Shown here piece after piece: positions 49,019 through 52,814 of a DNA stretch of 52,814 bases; the stretch's first letter is position 1; every line of letters begins with the position of its first letter. Origin of the DNA: an uncultured bacterium (GTDB lineage: Bacteria; CAYMEV01); assembly GCA_964431655.1 (NCBI GenBank), contig CAYSKJ010000003.1, positions 1 to 52,814 of the forward strand, written 5' to 3'. The position numbers and the translations under genes were made by a program. Under the pieces are notes generated by a model, which saw only the letters and a program-made list of their open reading frames with translations, was not told the origin of the DNA and made no database searches.

Positions 49019-50227
49019 ATGACTATTTTTCCCCTGATGGACTTATTTTGTGCTTCAGTATCCTATGGGCTTTATGATATAGACAACAAAATTTACCTCT
49101 CAGCATCAGAGATTGACCAGTGCCTTATTCCAGCCTCCCTTCAGAAGATTGTCATTACTGCTGTTTCAAAAGAGATTCTCGGGGAAGATTACTGCTTTAA
49201 AACCAGTGTGACCCTCAAAGGAACCGTAAAAAACAAGCTGTTATACGGCAGTCTGGTCATAAGGGGAAGCGGTGATCCTTTATTCAGTGACCAGGACTTG
49301 CTGCCCCTGGTCAGATATCTGTCAAACAGAAAAATAGCTTTTTTCAGAGGTAAAATAATCATTGATTCAGGCATTTATGACGAAGAGCACTACCCTGATG
49401 CATGGAACGGCAGAGACTGGTACCCGGGTGTATACAGCAGAATAGGCGGATTCAACATTAATCACAATATGTACCGGGTTAAGAAGGCAAAAAGCTCCGG
49501 ATATCAGATAATCCCTGAGCCGGGGAAAAATGACAGAGAATATATCAGAAAAATTACAGGGGAGGTAGGAGGAGAGGAGCTTTTTATAAGGGCAGGAGAT
49601 TTAAGAAGCTATTTGAGTGCATCAATTAAGCACTTGTTTCAGAGTCAGGGAATTCAGTTGTCTGAAGAAGAAATTGCAAATCCCGGCGGAACCCTGCTGC
49701 AATTTAATGCCGAATCTCCCAGGCTTGCCGAGATATTGAAAACAATGAACAGCGAGAGCGACAATCTTACTGCAGAATCCCTGCTGAAACTTCTGGGGCA
49801 TCTGGAAACAGGTGGGAAAGGCTCTTCTGCTGATGGGCTCAGGGTTATGAACGAAAAATTAAAAGATATACTGCCTGAAGGGATAATATTTGCGGATGGT
49901 TCGGGTTTTTCGACAAAGAACAGGCTATCCACAAGGTTTTTAATCTCACTTCTTCTGCGTTCAGATTATTCCAGTCTTCTTGCCGACTGCCAGGAGAAGC
50001 TTTCTTCTGTTATTAATATTGAAATACCCCGGGGGTTTGTTATATATTACAAAACAGGATCTATCCGGGGAGTAAGGGCTTTGGCCGGTTATATTACATA
50101 CAGAGGCAGTAAATATGCCTTTTCTGTCATAATTAATGATGAAACAGGAAATTTATCCAAATTCAAGAACCTGGGGAAATATCTGAATGAATTCTTTATC
50201 AGGATTGAGGAAAATGGCAAAAAATAA
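49019..50227 (+). CDS. dacB: D-Ala-D-Ala carboxypeptidase/endopeptidase (PBP4, peptidase S13)
   Basis: PASLQK (SxxK), GSGDP, SDN (SxN), DGSG, KTGS. Confidence 0.9.
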   Translation: MTIFPLMDLFCASVSYGLYDIDNKIYLSASEIDQCLIPASLQKIVITAVSKEILGEDYCFKTSVTLKGTVKNKLLYGSLVIRGSGDPLFSDQDLLPLVRYLSNRKIAFFRGKIIIDSGIYDEEHYPDAWNGRDWYPGVYSRIGGFNINHNMYRVKKAKSSGYQIIPEPGKNDREYIRKITGEVGGEELFIRAGDLRSYLSASIKHLFQSQGIQLSEEEIANPGGTLLQFNAESPRLAEILKTMNSESDNLTAESLLKLLGHLETGGKGSSADGLRVMNEKLKDILPEGIIFADGSGFSTKNRLSTRFLISLLLRSDYSSLLADCQEKLSSVINIEIPRGFVIYYKTGSIRGVRALAGYITYRGSKYAFSVIINDETGNLSKFKNLGKYLNEFFIRIEENGKK

Positions 50228-51128
50228 ATACACCATAGGGATTGCCAATATTTCTTCCTATACCAGCGATGAGAATCTAAGGACTGTCTCCGAAATTCTC
50301 TGCTCTCTGTACGGCTGTTACATAGTAAAGGCGAACAATATCGGTCTGAGGCACCATTTTTATTCAGGAACTGCCAAAGACAGGGCCAGTGGTTTAATAG
50401 AACTCCAGGCCAGGGATGATGTGGATGTGATAATGTTCCTAAGAGGCGGATACGGGGCGGTTAAGACTCTGGAATACCTGGACAATGAAGCCATGAAGCG
50501 CTTTGATAAACCTATGATAGGTATGAGTGATCTGACAGCCCTGTTTATACATTATTATCAGAGAACCGGCAAAATTGCATTTCATGGCCCCAATCTCGTA
50601 TCCGAATTCCTTGACCCTAAAAATACAAAAAATAAAAGGGACATATTCAGGAAATTAAATTCAGTTTCCGGATCTCCCCTGATAGGATCCGGTGATATGA
50701 AGCAATCTGCTGTTATATCATGCGGCAAGGCTGAGGCAAGGATTATAGGGGGAAATCTCTCTACTTTGGTCTCTATGATAGGCACTCCCTATATAAGATC
50801 CTTCAAAGGGCATATAATTTTCCTTGAGGATACCGGTGAGAGGCCCTATAAGGTGGACAGGATGCTTACCCAGTGTTTTTCAAGCGGATTGTTCGACGGT
50901 ATAGAAGGAGTCCTGTTAGGTGATTTTAAGCAAGGCACACCTTCCGGAGAGATGCATCTGTTTGAAATGGTATTCCGGGAGCACTTTTCTGGGAATAATT
51001 ATCCTGTCCTGATGAATCTGCCCTTCGGACACGGTAGAAAAAAGTCTACAATACCTCTGGGAGCACTGGTGAAGATAAATACCTGCCGCAATGAGATTCT
51101 TTTATGCGAGGATATAAACCATGCATGA
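50214..51128 (+). CDS. ldcA: LD-carboxypeptidase (peptidase S66)
   Basis: RGGYGA, GMSDLT, HGP, GGNL, LEDTGE, FGH; ATG 50214 after GAGGA. Confidence 0.92.
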   Translation: MAKNKYTIGIANISSYTSDENLRTVSEILCSLYGCYIVKANNIGLRHHFYSGTAKDRASGLIELQARDDVDVIMFLRGGYGAVKTLEYLDNEAMKRFDKPMIGMSDLTALFIHYYQRTGKIAFHGPNLVSEFLDPKNTKNKRDIFRKLNSVSGSPLIGSGDMKQSAVISCGKAEARIIGGNLSTLVSMIGTPYIRSFKGHIIFLEDTGERPYKVDRMLTQCFSSGLFDGIEGVLLGDFKQGTPSGEMHLFEMVFREHFSGNNYPVLMNLPFGHGRKKSTIPLGALVKINTCRNEILLCEDINHA

Positions 51129-52569
51129 ACCCGGCAGTTATTTCATCATAGCCCCGGATACGGATGTTTACAGCCTTGAATACCTCATAAAAACTCTGAA
51201 GATAAACAAATTTATCTTTTTCAGGCGTCACAGCGAAAAAATTTCTGATCTGATAAGTAAGATCTCGGAGATTAAATATCTCTGCTATCCCTCGGATTAT
51301 CTGATAAGCGTTGATGAAGAAGGGGGCATGGTAAGCAGGCTCAGTCATATAATAGGAAGTATTCCGGATGCGATGGCCTTGTCTAAATGCAGTACCGGAG
51401 ATGTTTACGAGGTTTATTCAGCATTGTTCAGGGCAATAAGACAGCTGGGTTTTAATATGGATTTTATGCCTGTTCTTGACATACTGGGGAAATATAAAAA
51501 CCGGTGTATATCAACCAGATCTTACGGATATGACTCAGAAACCGTATCCAGGTTTGCTGGCCTGGCATTGCAGTCTGCTGAAGAACAGGGAATCCTATAC
51601 TGCATGAAGCATTTCCCTGGTCTTGGCAGGACAGAAACAGACAGCCATCTTGCACTTCCTGTCATAAAAGGAGGAATCTCTAAGCTGGAGAAGGATATAG
51701 GCTTATACAGGTCTTTTCTAAAAAGCCATAACCACAGGTTCATAATGACCGCTCACTCGCTTTACCCCTGCCTTGATGATTCTTTGAGCACCTTCTCAGG
51801 CAGAATTGTTACCGGGTTTTTGAAAAAAGATTTGAAATTCAGCGGGGCTGTAGTTTCAGATGATCTCTTGATGGGGGCTCTTGATGCTGAGATGTCAATG
51901 GAGCAGAGGGCCTTGCGGGCTTTCACCTCCGGGATTGACCTTCTTCTTGTCTCAAAGGCTGACGACAGATTTTTCCGTATGTATTCCGCTATTGAGAAAG
52001 GCATCCGGGATGGGACAATTACACCGGATAGACTTGGAGATGCCGACAGCAGGATAAGATCTGCGACAATGCCTGATACTGGGAAATTCTATTATGATTC
52101 TCAGGCATCCTTTGTGCCGGTAAATATTTTGAAAAATATAGCCCAAATCCTTTATAGGAATGCCCGGGTGAAAAAGGCTATGTTCAAAGATATAACTGTG
52201 TATTTGCCGGGCAGAATAATGGCCTCCAGTCCTGTAACTGATGGGCAAGATTTTATAAAGGACAGCGTGAAGGATTTAGGACAGGTAAATATCATTGTAT
52301 ATCATAACTCCATTGATACGGACAAGATTGATAAAAAAGGTACCCATATAGTTCTTTCAGCAAATCCATGCTACAATGACATTCTGCTTGAGAGCCTGAA
52401 AACCCTGGACTCAATTCTCATGGGCTACTATGTAATATCACTTGGAGAGCCACAGGAAGGTTCAATATTTGATAATGCTGAAAAAATCATTTACCTTTCT
52501 ACAGCCAATGAAACGGTCGTTATGGAATGCTTGAAAAGGCTGATAAGGGATATTTATCTCATTGGATAA
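51121..52569 (+). CDS. nagZ: Beta-N-acetylhexosaminidase (GH3), cytoplasmic
   Basis: VDEEGG.V.RL, KHFPGLG.T..DSH, MTAH, SDDL.MGAL. Confidence 0.9.
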   Translation: MHEPGSYFIIAPDTDVYSLEYLIKTLKINKFIFFRRHSEKISDLISKISEIKYLCYPSDYLISVDEEGGMVSRLSHIIGSIPDAMALSKCSTGDVYEVYSALFRAIRQLGFNMDFMPVLDILGKYKNRCISTRSYGYDSETVSRFAGLALQSAEEQGILYCMKHFPGLGRTETDSHLALPVIKGGISKLEKDIGLYRSFLKSHNHRFIMTAHSLYPCLDDSLSTFSGRIVTGFLKKDLKFSGAVVSDDLLMGALDAEMSMEQRALRAFTSGIDLLLVSKADDRFFRMYSAIEKGIRDGTITPDRLGDADSRIRSATMPDTGKFYYDSQASFVPVNILKNIAQILYRNARVKKAMFKDITVYLPGRIMASSPVTDGQDFIKDSVKDLGQVNIIVYHNSIDTDKIDKKGTHIVLSANPCYNDILLESLKTLDSILMGYYVISLGEPQEGSIFDNAEKIIYLSTANETVVMECLKRLIRDIYLIG

Positions 52570-52814
52570 TTTACTGTTGCAACAGAATGATAATGTCCCC
52601 TTTCAGCAAAGCAGAAAAGAAGTTTAGCTATATCTCAATAAACGAAGCATGGTAAGTATAGCAAATGAGGCTATTGTTATTATAGGAAATCAAAAGGATA
52701 TGCCAGCGAAGTCTGCAAATTTTATAATTATCAGGGTATAATTCCTGCAACGGACAATTTCAAGAATTATATTTCACAGCAAGGTATTCCCCAATACAGG
52801 AAGATGCAGGATGT

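Noticed and set aside
52570-52814. Possible partial gene at the right edge
   Set aside because: Only a short open + frame without a credible start; the minus frames close quickly; no recognisable motif.

Overview
A 52.8-kb gene-dense chromosomal segment from a diderm bacterium. It has two TolC-type outer-membrane factors, rplU-rpmA without a Prp protease, and standard genetic code 11. It carries about 40 CDS and one tRNA-Ser(CGA); I see no phage, IS element, integrase or CRISPR array. Main blocks in order: an exported Mn/Fe-SOD; a four-gene operon joining a fused Fe-S/flavin amine-oxidoreductase (sarcosine oxidase/proline dehydrogenase-like) to an acyl carrier protein and an adenylate-forming enzyme; a decayed Ca/Na antiporter; a 1524-aa secreted peptidoglycan hydrolase with three catalytic domains; an S9 peptidase; two tripartite RND efflux operons; rlmH-comF-mpg; DDAH with a heterodimeric ABC exporter; rplU-rpmA-obgE-nadD-rsfS; acpS; an ECF sigma factor behind a consensus sigma54 promoter; an operon of GT-C protein, Btu/Fec-like ABC subunits and an orphan kinase; and dacB-ldcA-nagZ. 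Best leads: (i) the oxidoreductase-ACP-adenylation operon, (ii) the SLT+amidase+SpoIID hydrolase with SpoIID inserted inside an Fn3 domain, and (iii) a putative sigma54-to-ECF envelope-stress cascade with a hairpin that buries the downstream gene's ribosome-binding site. All calls come from reading motifs by eye; no database searches were run.
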